64,000 nucleotides of DNA, from NCBI GenBank assembly GCA_964016885.1, contig CAXHJY010001168.1:1-64000 (forward strand), read 5' to 3'. The position numbers and the translations under genes are program-made. The notes under the pieces are model-generated. The model ran no database searches. It was given only the letters and a program-made list of their open reading frames with translations, and had not been told where the DNA came from. Positions within the stretch are counted from its first letter, which is position 1, and the number at the start of each line of letters is the position of its first letter. Shown in pieces: positions 1 through 22,380 of the stretch. The DNA is from Eledone cirrhosa. Lineage: Eukaryota.

Positions 1-1
1 G

Positions 2-199
2 AGATTACTGTCCAGAGCCAATTCTTACACGGGAGGACGCCGTCCGTGCAATTTATGCTCGGAGGAAACTTTACAAATGCTGTTTTCGACGGACCAACTC
101 CTAAACAAGAAAGATGAACTGGTTACTGCATGTAAACATAGATTGCGTAGGACTTACCTCGCCCTCAAACCCCATAATGACCCGGGGGGGGTAGACTAG
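2..199 (+). pseudogene. C-terminal end of a Penelope-like (Naiad-type) GIY-YIG ORF, cut by the window start
   Basis: Manual frame-2 translation RLLSRANSYTGGRRPCNLCSEETLQMLFSTDQLLNKKDELVTACKHR...* has the CxLC-E...LLNKxxEL...CxH pattern also found at the end of the 820-aa PLE ORF (33192-35633). Confidence 0.85.
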
Positions 200-1316
200 G
201 GCTATAACACCCCCACTTGCCGATTTTGCAATGGGTAACCCCTGCTTGCCAAGGGAGACGTAAGATCTTCTTTGTATTCTTTTATCGCTTCCTTTATTCC
301 TTCCTTCCCCCCTCTCTCCTTAGTCCTTCTACCCCAGCTCTTCTCCTTTGTCGGCGTCTTTTCTCGCCCACCCGAGGCTGCCCTTTGGCCCCTTGTAGCC
401 TTAGTACCCCCACCCCCTCCCCTAGTCTAGGATAGATTTGGCGGACTCCGCCCTTTATAGCAGTTGGTTTAGACCCCGGATACTTGTCCCCTTTTTCCGA
501 CCGCTCCCACTACTCTCTGTGCCCTCTATATTTCTTAGTGGCACTTATGCCTTATTTTTTCGTTTCAGTATTTCTTTCTTCGCTTTTCTTTTGGGCGGGG
601 TGGATTCTGAATTTATTCTTCCGTATTCTACTTTTACTTCGTACGAACTTTCATGTAGCTTGTTTTAGATCTTTTAGAGTTAGCATTAGTATATATTTTT
701 CTCGGGACTCAGAATTATTATCTCGTATTAGTTCACTTTGCTGCACTGGGTGGTTGCCGGAATTGTGCCCGGGATGGAAACCTTTATTGTTTATTTCGTG
801 GTAGTCTCTTTAGTATTTTTGCCCCTTTTGTTGACCCGTCACCGTATCATTTACGTACTTATACCTCTTAAAAGGGTCCTCGCCTATACCGTCCCACCTA
901 GTTCTTTTACTTATTTCGTTATTTCTTTATTTCTTTCTTTACTTCTTTCTTTCTTTATTTATTTTTTCTAGACTAACAATAGCTAGAGACCTAGGTCGTA
1001 GAATTTAATTTACTTTACTTTTTTCTTTACACTCATTTGTTTTTCTTTACACTTATTTGCTTTTCTTCACTCTCAGTATTATTTCTACCCCCCATTGTTC
1101 TACCTACCGTTCCGACTTCCCCCCCCCCCTCCCCCTCCCCTGTATCTTCTTTGACCTCATGCCCAGCTGTAGCTGGCACTACAAACGCTTGATTGGGGCT
1201 ACTCCACTCCCTCCCCTCTTTCTCCTAGCAGGTTTAGCCACCATCTCCCCTACTAATTTGCAACCACAGAATTACTACTGATTTTTGACAATCACTTTGA
1301 CCATATATGTAATTAC

Positions 1317-1406
1317 CCCTTGAGAAGATCGGCTTTTTAAATACCAGGATAAATTTTCATTTAGTCCAGAATTAGCCGTCGAAACGGCTTGAGCTCAGCT
1401 GTCGGG
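1317..1406 (+). ncRNA. Type I hammerhead ribozyme, U3:A8 variant core
   Basis: ccc-TTGAGAA (1320-1326); stem II gatcggct/agccgtc; GAAA (1381-1384); stem III cggct/agctg around tgagctc; GTC (1401-1403); ggg closes stem I. Confidence 0.75.
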
Positions 1407-1500
1407 ATCTTACTGGTTCCTATTACCCACTCTACTACCTCAAGTATTGAGTACTTTGGTGCGTTATGGTCCACCTGGTTCCTTACCACATTTCCTTCGT

Positions 1501-4390
<2,890 letters not shown>

Positions 4391-4527
4391 ACGTTATTCC
4401 GGGTGAATCGGAGGTAACCACAGTAAGTAAGGTACTCAATACATAGCAGAGTATAAACAGTTTTAATATAGATGAGATTCTACAGGACTATAACTGTTTC
4501 ATTCATTAGAAATCATCAGGAATCTTG
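4391..4527 (-). mobile_element. Short HHR-bearing element (PLE terminal fragment or non-autonomous mini-element) inside (TA)n
   Basis: Flanked by TA tracts on both sides; contains an HHR; homologous to 41187-41271, 43111-43195 and, reversed, 62481-62563. Confidence 0.8.
4475..4525 (-). ncRNA. Type I hammerhead ribozyme, canonical core
   Basis: Minus strand reads agattc-CTGATGA-tttc taat gaat-GAAA-cag ttatagtc ctg-TA-gaatct. Stem I is 6 bp, triplet GUA; the first stem II pair is U.U. Confidence 0.8.
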
Positions 4528-9408
<4,881 letters not shown>

Positions 9409-9926
9409 CATTTTTTTCAGAATGTATTTGACTGCTATTTCTTGTAAATAAACATTCACTTCCATCCTGACGTCACTAGCCCCCGTTTTTTCCTCATGTG
9501 CTTTTTCATAAATACACATGAAGGCGAACTAGCCAGTTTTAGAATTCCCTTTTTCGGACTATATTACTGTGAGAGCCCCTGGTTTTCTGTTGAGCTCTGC
9601 TGATGAATGATATTCCAACCGTGACCATCTCCCACTGAAAGTTTTCATGAAATAGTCTTTTAAGACTATACAGAGCATTGATGTTATTCCAAATTGAAGG
9701 ATAAGTGTTTCAACTTTGTTTTATCATGAGTTAAAGGTCTATAGATTTTTCCATGGATTTTACTAAATTCTGTGGATGAATTTGTATCCTGATTCTCTTT
9801 TGAGATGAGTTTGAGTTATTTTTCCTAAATCTTTCGTTAACTACTTTTCCCATCTTGACGTTATAGTCGCATATATGTTTTAGAATGCCGTTAGCTTCTT
9901 GCTAAAACAATCTCTATACGTCTCAT
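9409..9926. other. Unidentified ~520-bp island within TA tracts, probably a decayed repeat
   Basis: Non-repetitive sequence between two TA tracts with no recognisable ORF. Confidence 0.35.
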
Positions 9927-11878
<1,952 letters not shown>

Positions 11879-11939
11879 ACTTTGAATAACTTTTAGCCCA
11901 GGCCATGTCTAACTTAATAGCACCACCTGGCGAAGTCTT

Positions 11940-13912
11940 TCAATTCAGGATTTGGGCACCATGGCCCATGGCCCATTCGAGAAGAGAATTACTGTTTGCG
12001 GAGACATATCCGGGTGTGGGTGGTTTGTCCGGGATTACCTGGAGGAATTTGTCCAAAGACTTCTTGAATTTTGTGTGGTCAGTTTCTGTTTTGACGTGTT
12101 CTGGTGTGATGTCGAAGAGAGCAGGGCCGATTGAGGTGAAATAATTGTGCCGTATTGTTGTTGAGTTGCGATTAGATTTTTGTATGGGACGGATAGCACG
12201 GGGCCCAAGCCTTGGGTGTATCTTGAGGGCGATGCCAACATCATTTGGGCAGTGATGATGGAACATTTTCCACATCATGCAGATAATATAATGCTCACGG
12301 CGACGTTGGAGTGAGTAAAGTTTCAGGTTTTCTAGTCGACCCCAGTAGTCAAGGTCTGACATGCTATCTATCTTTTTCGTGATTGCCCTTTGAGGCGCTT
12401 CAAGTTCATGATACTTTGTTTTCGTGTGGGGAGACCACAGTGGACAACAGTATTCAAGGTGTGGTCGGGCAAAAGTAGAGAAGAGAAGGATAATGGTGTG
12501 GGAATCTCTCGACTGGAAGGTTCTGAGGATCCAGGAACACATTCTGCGGGCCATGTCAACTTTGCTACTTATATGCGTGGCCCAGCTTATGTTGCTGTCC
12601 ACGGTTACTCCCAAGTCTCTGATGTTGTTAGATGCCACGAGAGTTTCCCCGGAGGGAAGGGAGTACGGGAGTTTCAGAGCATCCTCTTTTCCAAAGTGAT
12701 CAGTTCGAATTTGTCTTCGTTCAGTAACATGTTGTTATTTTCCGCCCATTGGGTAACAGCCAGTAGGTCTGGCTGAAGGCTTATCCGGTCATCCACGCCA
12801 TTAATGACCTTTTGGAGCTTGGAATCATCAGCGAAAATTTTAATGTTGCTGTGTTTGATGATGTCAGTGATGTCATTAATATAGATGATGAAGAGAAGTG
12901 GGCCCAACACAGTGCCTTGTGGGACCCCACTACTGACTTTGGCTGGGCTGGATTTGACTCCTTCAACTACAACATGTTGGGTTCTGTTTGACAGGAAGCT
13001 CTTGATCCACTGCAGCAGCTTTCCAGTGACACCAATATTGGACAGCTTTCTCAGTAGAATGTTATGATCAACCCTGTCAAAGGCCTTGCTGAAATCAAGG
13101 TAGATAACATCAGTGTTGGAACCCTCTCCCAAGGCTCTCAAAATGTCATCAAAGTGATGCAGTAGCTGCGTCAGGCAATCCCTTCCATTACGGAATCCAT
13201 GCTGGTTGGAGTTCAGCATATTGTTACTCTCAAGGAAGTGGGTCATTCGCGATCTCACCACTCTCTCAAATACCTTAATGATATGAGAGGTGAGTGAGAT
13301 TGGACGGTAATTCACGGCAAGGGATTTGTTTCCCTTTTTGAAAACTGGGACAACAGACTGGGATAGAAGGTTTTCTGGCACATATCCAGCATCCAGTGAG
13401 TTCCGCCACAGATTGGCAAGAGGAGATGCAAGTTGGTGTTGACACGCCCTCAAGACACAAGCAGGGAACCTATCGGGACCTACTGCTGAATTATGCTTGA
13501 TTTCCTTTATTGCCGCTAAAACATCAGGGGCGCCAAACGTTATGTCCGATAAGGTGTAATGGGGAGTAACATCGCCGATACAGCCCAGATCGGCCATATC
13601 AGGATTGCTGAAAACAGAGCAGTATTGTTTCTGCAGTATCTCACCCATGGTTTTAGCATTGTCTTGAAGAGTGCCATTTTCATCAATTAGAGGGCCAACA
13701 GTAGAGCCAGTGGTTTTGTGTTTTTTTGCAAATGAAAAGAACACTTTGGGATTGAGTTTGATCTTCTCAATGGCCCAGGCCTCTTCAGCTCTTCTCTGAT
13801 TTTTGATGAGGGACATTATGTTGTTTTGGAGGTTATGTTTTTTAATCTCCAGTGATGAAATGGCAGTCAAGTTGATGTGTTGCTGCTGACAGTATTTCAG
13901 CTTGTTGATTTT
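11940..13912 (-). pseudogene. CR1 reverse transcriptase and C-terminal domain, split by frameshifts near 13913 and 12690
   Basis: ORFs 12674-13870 and 11940-12638 carry consecutive RT motifs. Confidence 0.93.
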
Positions 13913-16101
13913 TTAGTTCGTTCTCTTAATTTTTCTGATGAGCGTTTTTCTATTTCTAGGGATTCTGCTCTTAGATTTGCTTAATGGGGTGTGTTTAGCA
14001 CATATGTTTGTAACAGTGTCCACAAATGTCTGCCAGGACTTTTTGATGTTAGTGGGTGTATGAGTGTGCGTGAAGGACCAGTCGACATGTGCAAGATCAT
14101 GACTGATCGCTTCCCAGTTTGCATTGTGGAAATCCATAGCGTCAAACGGATGGACAGGAGAGATGACATTGGGTTTGTATATTGGACGGTGGAATCTCAG
14201 ATCACAGAGAACCTTGTCATGATCAGAGAGTAGAGTTTTCTCCACTGCAATATTGTGGATATTGTCAGTGTGATTGCTGAAAATTAAGTCTAGGACGTTT
14301 TTGTGGCACCTCGTTGGTTCGAGCACCAGTTGGGATAGTAAGAAATCATCCATGAAGTCAAGAAGCGATTCCACAGCTTCCCTGTCAGAGGTTGAGGCAG
14401 AAGAACCTGGTGGCAGGCTGTTTGTGGACCAGTCAACTCCGGGGAGGTTGAAGTCCCCCATGATTAAGATGCTGTCAGTGTGACACTCTTGGATGAAACA
14501 CTTTATGCTGTTGAGGCATTCCTTGAAGCATGGTACAGGCGTTTGGGGTGGCCTATAGAGCCCAACTACTATTAGGTTGTTGGTTTGACTGCATACAGTG
14601 ACTGCTTCACAGTATCCATTAGTGAATATGTTCATAGCCTCTGTTGAGAAAGAATTATGGACATAAATGGCAGTTCCGCCCTTTCTTCTGCCAGCGCGAT
14701 CAGCACGGATGGCTTTGAAATTTTTCACTTTCACCTCGGCTTCCAAGTGGAGGTTACTGAGATGGGTTTCAGTGAGGACGAAGAAAGGGATGTGGTTTGG
14801 ATGGACATCAATCCAGTCCTCCAGGAATTTGATCTTCCATTTTTGAGTATTGGTGGAAGGGCTGATGCCTTGGGCGTTAAGCAAAAATGTAGAGGCGAGA
14901 GTGGATGGTTTTAATTGTTTTGGTGTGTTGTTAATTTGTTTGTTTGTTAATGGCAGCAATGGGAGTTTGTGCAGTGGGGTGATAGTGGAGGGTGGTGCTG
15001 GGTGATAGCTCGAATGTTTTTTTTCCAGTTCTTTTGCCAGATTCATCATGGCTAAAAAAGAGGAAGAAGTTTCCTGTTTAGAAGACTGTTGGTGACTGTG
15101 GTAGTGGTTATTTTTATGTAGGTTATGGTTTTTGTTTTTGCTTTTATTTTTAATTTTATTTTCATTTGTCCGACGGGTCCCCGGGACATGGGTAAAGGGA
15201 CAATCCCGGTCTAAACACAATCTGTCTCGCAGGGAAAAGCGGCAGATTTGTGGATTCCTTGTTTGAGTTATTGGTGGTTGTGTTGGTGTTAAATTAGAGT
15301 ATGTATTATGGTGGTGGCTGTTTGTGGGGATAGATCGTTTTGTCCTAGGTAAATGGGTGAATTTGCAGCCACTATCCGTACATATTCTATAGCGTAGAGA
15401 GTAGCGGCAAATGATGGGGTTTCGAGTGGGTGGGTATGTGGGTGGGTGTGTTGTGAGAGGTGTAGATGATGGTTTGAGTAGGATTTGACGACCTTTGTGG
15501 ACTGAGGGAGGGAGAGTTCTTGTATTGGTATTAGAAGGTAAATTATAAGGTAAATTCCTTGAGATAGCAGTAGCCAAAGATGTTGTAGTATTAGTAGTAG
15601 GCAGAGAAGATGTTGGCAGTGGTGATGATTGGACTGCTGGGCCAGAGAAAGCATGTGGCATTTCCTGCTGTGAGACAGAGGCTACTGGGAGGTCAATAGT
15701 TTCATTTAGTAGATCGGCCATTGTTGATGAATCAAGGAGTGGTTCACACTGTTGTTGTTGTCGTTGTTGTTGTTGTTGATGTTGTTGTTGTAGCTGTTGT
15801 TGTTGTTGCCGTTGTAGCTGCTGTTGTTGTTGTTGCTGCTGCTGGACAGCATTCGAAGAAAAAACACACCGTATTTTATCCAAATGTTTATTGATTAATT
15901 TAAAAGCAATTTCGATTTGCTTTAATTTATTTTGAATCTGTTGTTCAGATCGAGTTTTCAAAAGTTGAACTGTACGTTTAGCAATGTCGTTCAACATGAA
16001 GCATCTATGTCTTCTGTTTGGGTAAGGCAATGCCATGTGTTTATTAGAATGTCGATTTCATTATCAGACCAGTTCTGTTTGGATTTTTGCTGGTTAGCCA
16101 T
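13913..16101 (-). pseudogene. CR1 ORF1 (Myb/SANT-like N-terminus, polyQ, two CCCH fingers) read in frame with the APE endonuclease in this copy
   Basis: ATG at 16101 gives MANQQKSKQNWSDNEIDILINTW, then a frameshift into the 707-aa ORF containing RSEQQIQNKLKQI, polyQ, CRYSLRYRICTDSGCKFTH, CRFSLRDRLCLDRDCPFTH and the APE motifs. Confidence 0.8.
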
Positions 16102-16357
16102 TCTAGTTTTGAGTGTGTGTGTTTTAGTTAAGTATTTCAATATATATATATTTTTTTTATTTATTTTTGTTTTTTGTTTTTCTTGTGTGTGTGTGAGTGA
16201 GAAGAGTATATATATAAATATGAGTATATATATATATATATATATGTATATTCTGGTTATTTGAAATTAATTAAATTAATGAAAAGACGAAAGTATATAA
16301 TAATAATTTGTAGTTAAAGGAAAATGTACTCACAAGTTGGAAAACACGTGGTTTCAA

Positions 16358-17139
<782 letters not shown>

Positions 17140-19467
17140 TACAGAAAATGTCGAATAGGAAATCGCCAGGCCCAGACCTCATTACAGGATACTGGTTGAA
17201 GAATTTCACTTTCTATCGGCAAGATCTCATACGGCTGTTTACAGAAACCATTAAGGGCACACAAGAACTGCCCAGATGGTTATCAACTGCCACTACTCTC
17301 CTCATTCCCCAAAATAGCCAAACCACCCTTGCTAAAAATTACCGCCCAATTGCCTGCCAAAACATCATGTATAAATTATACACTGGGTGCCTTAACCTGT
17401 TCTTACAGGATCACTGTGCTACCAACAACATCATAACACCTGAGCAAGCTGGTGGAAAGAGGGAGGTGTGGGGTTGCATAGATCACCTACTAACTAACAA
17501 AATGATTCAAGAAAAAACAACAAAGAATCGCAGAAACATGACTGTCGTGTGGCTGGACTATCAAAAAGCATTTGATAGTGTACCTCATGGGTGGATTATT
17601 AAGGCTTTACAGTTAGCTAAAGTCCCACAACCATTGGTAGCTGCTGTTGAACGCCTGACCAAGAACTGGTACACCAATTTGATCCTTAGAGATGAGAAGG
17701 AGCAGGTTAAGACTGATAAGATACATTACCAGAAGGGCATCTTTCAGGGTGATAGCTTGTCAGTACTACTCTTCGTTCTCTCACTGAATCCACTATCTTA
17801 CCTACTCAGGAAACAAGGTGGACAAAGAAGTGGGCCCAGAAGTATCTCCCATATTTTCTTTGTTGATGACCTGAAGTTGTATGGACCAAATATCAATGAC
17901 ATCAAGAAACAATTGGACCTCATTACACAATTTTCAACCGACATCAAAATGAAATTTGGTGAGTCCAAGTGTGCATATTTGGCAGTAAAACGTGGAAGAG
18001 CTGTGCCCTCCTCTAGAAATCTAGAGATGAACGGCCTGACAATACAACCTCTGCAGTCAGGTGACAACTACAGATATCTTGGACAGGATGAGAATGTCAG
18101 ATATGATGGACCAATAAATAAGGAGAGAACCAGAACTGAATACTTCAGAAGAGTAAAGAGAATATGTCATCAGAACTGTCAGCATACAACAAATACATTG
18201 CCCACAATACCTATGCTGTGCCAATTCTAACGCCAACATTTGGCCTACTGAACTGGTCATTGCAAGAACTAAGTGAGATGGATGTTAGAACTCGAAAACT
18301 TCTCAGTGTTACTGGGAACTTTAACATCAATGGTGATGTGGATAGGCTATACTTCTCACGTAAGGAAGGTGGCCGGGGTCTAAAATCAATATTAACAACA
18401 TATGAGACCCGGATAGTAACACTGAAGCAACACCTTCAACAGAGGAAAAAGGTTGGCAACCATCTTGCTCAGGTTTATGAGCATGAAAAAAGAAATATCA
18501 TTAGAATAGCGACTGATCTGGAGGAGAGTTATGGAATAAATCCTGTTATAAATCTCTCACCCAGAGAAATCGGAAGATCCTATTCAATGTTCAAACAAGA
18601 AAAAAATTGACCAATTTACAGAGAAAGTTGTGCATGGATACTTGAGACGTAAAACAGACCATAGAGGGGATAAACCATTCAAAAAGCCTGGCATGGAGTT
18701 CCAACAGGTTTATGACATCACACCTTGAGGGACATCTCTATGCAATACAGGAACAAGAACTCCCTACCAAATATCTGCTGCACAAAAGAGGAGGGCCAGC
18801 AGCTGACAATAAATGTAGGCTATGTAAAACAAAGATCGAGGATGTAAGCCACATTGTTGCCAGCTGCGAAAGAATGTCATCTCGCTACTACCTCCCCATG
18901 AGACACGATGGGATAGCTAGAACCATCTGGAACGCACTTCGGAAAACAAATTTACCAACAAACGAGGATGAATATATTGAGACAGATGGCACTAAGGAAT
19001 ACTGGTGGAACCTGAAAATAAAAACTGCCACCAAATTAAAGCACAACCGGCCTGATATTGTAGTTTGGGACCACACATTGAAAACGTGTTCTGTTGTGGA
19101 GATCAGCTGCCCACTTGATGTAAACGTTGTCAGAAAAATAAAGGAGAAGGAGGACATCTACGGACCATTGATGAGGAGTTTACAAATCCAGTATCCAAGA
19201 TACACCTTTAGCTTCATAACCATCATTATTGGTGCTACGGGTTATATACCAACCCGCTTGGACCAAAGTATGCCCGAACTTGGATTTGCGGACAAAAAGC
19301 GCAGCTCCCTAATTCATAGTCTACAAATGGCTGCGATAGCTGGCACCTTCAAAATTTGCAAAACATTCTTGCGATTCAAGGGATGACAATTTCTTTTCTT
19401 TTACAACCTTGCCACCAGGAAGGTGGCCGGTCAAAAAATATACTCGAAATTAAGAGAAAGAGAAAAC
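17140..19467 (+). mobile_element. 5'-truncated R4/Dong-type non-LTR retrotransposon (RT + CCHC + restriction-like endonuclease), frameshifted
   Basis: [68 protein letters not shown]-x8-H-x4-C, RHD, HNRPDIVVWD and VVEISCP across ORFs ending at 18230, 18610 and 19386. Confidence 0.9.
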
Positions 19468-19634
19468 ATATATACATATATATATATATACATACATACA
19501 TATATATGTATGTATATATATATATATATATATGTATGTATATATATATATATATATATGTTTTTTTTATGTATGTATATATATATATATATATGTATGT
19601 TTTTTTATGTATGTATATATATATGTATGTATAT

Positions 19635-20849
19635 TTTGACAAGGTCGACCACGGAATGATATGTCACAAACTACACGGACTCGGCATAACTGGAAAAGTA
19701 GGTGAGTGGCTGCATGGCTTCCTAAGGGACAGAAGCCAGGCAGTCGCAGCAAATGGGGCCCTCTCGAGGGAAACACCGATAACAAGTGGGGTGCCTCAGG
19801 GGACAGTCCTGGGACCACTACTGTTTTTGGTGGCTCTCTCGGACATGCCCTCTGTGGTGCATGCCATAACATCCCTCACAAGCTATGCTGATCACACTAA
19901 GGTAGCACAGGCAATCAAAAACCCGGCTGACGCTGCCCTATTACAGCAGGATCTGGATGCCATATACAGATGGGCGGAAGAAAACAACATGCAGTTTAAT
20001 GCTGGCAAATTCCAAGCCCTACAATATAAACCTGCAAACACAAATATAGTGGAACACAGCTACACAGAACCAGGAGGGACCGATATCCCCGTGTCAAAAT
20101 CGATACGAGACCTGGGCATAGACATGAGCGATGATGCATCTTTTTCTTCACACATCATGAAAGTGGCGACAACATGCAGACGACTCGCTGGCTGGATCTT
20201 GAGGACTTTACCGACAAGAGATCGAGACACCATGTTGACACTGTGGAGGACTTTTGTCCTAAGCCGCCAGGACTACTGCTCCCAGTTGTGGTCACCCCAT
20301 AGTGTCAAACTAACCACGGAGCTTGAGGCAATCCAGCGAAGAGGATTGCCAAGATGAGGGAGACAAGCTACTGGGAGAGGCTAAAGGAACTGAACCTCTA
20401 CTCCTTGGAGCGAAGACGGGAGAGATATGCAGTGATCTACATGTGGACAATCCTGGAGGGACTAGCACCAAACTTTGGCACTGGGAGCTGGACCAACCGT
20501 CGAACAGGACGTCACTGTGTGGTACCAAAGGTCCCGTCTTCCACATCTAGAATAAGGAGCTGGTATTGCAATAGCCTGGGATTCAAGGGCCCTCAACTCT
20601 TCAACAGGCTGCCGAGGCATCTGAGAGACTTGCATGACGTGGAGGTGGATTTCTTTAAGAAACATCTCGACACCTTGTTATCCAGGATCCCGGATGAGCC
20701 CACAGCAAGACACGAGGGAAACCTAAGGGCAGCAGCAACAAACTCCCTCTTACACCAGTGGCCAACCTAAACAGGCTGGAGAAAAAATGTGTAGCAACAA
20801 GGGCGGTGCCCCAGCATGGCCTCAGCCGGATTGCTGAAAAAAAAAAAAA
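19635..20849 (+). mobile_element. 5'-truncated CR1-group LINE (RT 3' half and tail), second family
   Basis: FDKVDHG, GVPQGTVLGPLLF, YADH, RDLGI, DYCSQLWSP, LYSLERRRERY; tail gggcggtgccccagcatggcc followed by an A-run; flanked by TA tracts. Confidence 0.92.
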
Positions 20850-21231
20850 TGTATATATATGTATGTATATATATATATTTATATATGTATATATATGTAT
20901 GTATATATATAGATATATATGTATATATATGTATGTATATATATAGATATATATGTATATGTATGTATGTATGTATATATATATATATGTATATATATGT
21001 ATGTATATATATTTACATGTATGTATATATATTTACATGTATGTATATATATGTATGTATATATGTATATATATGTATGTATATATGTATATGTATGTAT
21101 GTATATATATATATATATGTATATATATGTATGTATATATATATGTGTATGTATGTATGTATATATATATATATATGTATATATATGTATGTATATATAT
21201 ATGTATATATATGTATGTATATATATATATG

Positions 21232-21268
<37 letters not shown>

Positions 21269-21677
21269 TTATATGTATCTATATATATGTATGTATATAT
21301 ATTTACATGTATCTATATATATGTATGTATATATATTTACATGTATCTATATATATGTATGTATATATATTTACATGTATCTATATATATGTATGTATAT
21401 ATATTTACATGTATCTATATATATGTATGTATATATATTTACATGTATGTATATATATGTATGTATATATATTTACATGTATCTATATATATGTATGTAT
21501 ATATATTTACATGTATGTATATATATGTATGTATATATATTTACATGTATCTATATATATGTATGTATATATATTTACATGTATGTATATATATGTATGT
21601 ATATATATTTACATGTATGTATATGTATATATATGTATATGTATGTATATATATTTACATGTATGTATATATATATG

Positions 21678-21716
<39 letters not shown>

Positions 21717-21818
21717 GTATATATATGTATATATATGTATATATGTATATATATATATGTATATATATATGTGTATATATATATATATATGTATATATAT
21801 GTGTATATATATATGTGT

Positions 21819-21852
<34 letters not shown>

Positions 21853-21918
21853 ATGTGTATATATATATGTGTATATATATGTAAATATATGTATATATAT
21901 ATATATGTATATATATAT
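20850..21918. repeat. TA/TATG tract containing a ~32-34-bp minisatellite (atttacatgtatctatatatatgtatgtatatat)
   Basis: The TTTACATGTA landmark recurs every ~32-34 bp between ~21270 and 21660. Confidence 0.9.
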
Positions 21919-21999
21919 TACTAAGGTTTTGGATGTTCTATTGAGAGAATCGACTTTACTGAAAATATCGAATAATGTACACCATTTTAACAGAAATAA

Positions 22000-22024
22000 T
22001 TACTAATCCCCCCCCCCACACACA

Positions 22025-22055
<31 letters not shown>

Positions 22056-22138
22056 TTCTCCGTATAAGACACGAGCTGAAAAAATATCTTTTAACCTGTT
22101 AAAATATCCCCCACACACTTAGACACACTAACATACAA

Positions 22139-22182
<44 letters not shown>

Positions 22183-22297
22183 CTCCGTATAAGACAAGAG
22201 CTGAAAAAATATCTATTAACATGTTAAAATATCCCCCACACACTTACAGACACATTCCTACTGACCATCCCTCTACCACGAATTCCGCTGCTGCACA

Positions 22298-22368
<71 letters not shown>

Positions 22369-22380
22369 GCGCGCGTCTTA
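22000..22380. repeat. Two ~126-bp direct repeats with (CA)n, followed by (GCAC)n
   Basis: ttctccgtataagaca.gagctgaaaaaatatc...tgttaaaatatccccc at ~22056 and ~22181; (GCAC)n at 22293-22370. Confidence 0.85.

Larger units (their letters stand above)
1..1500 (+). mobile_element. 3' part of a Penelope-like element: ORF end, T-rich 3' UTR, HHR, terminus abutting (TA)n
   Basis: GIY-YIG C-terminus at 2-199, HHR at 1317-1406, and unique sequence ending directly in the TA tract at ~1501. Confidence 0.75.
11879..16200 (-). mobile_element. Near full-length CR1-group LINE (ORF1 + APE + RT) with several small frameshifts
   Basis: APE motifs LNAQG, LTETHL, GGTAIYV, LYRPP, MGDFNLP, LDLIF, SDH. RT motifs GPD, YRPISLTS, QHGFR, YLDFSKAFDRVDH, GVPQGTVLGPLLF, FADD. 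CR1-type C-terminus RDLGV, LEYCCPLWSP, LYSLQRRRE. The 3' end abuts (TA)n; the 5' boundary is approximate. Confidence 0.93.

Noticed and set aside
9599-9650. CTGATGA...GAAA as a hammerhead
   Set aside because: No convincing stem II, or stem I/III pairing around a cleavage triplet.
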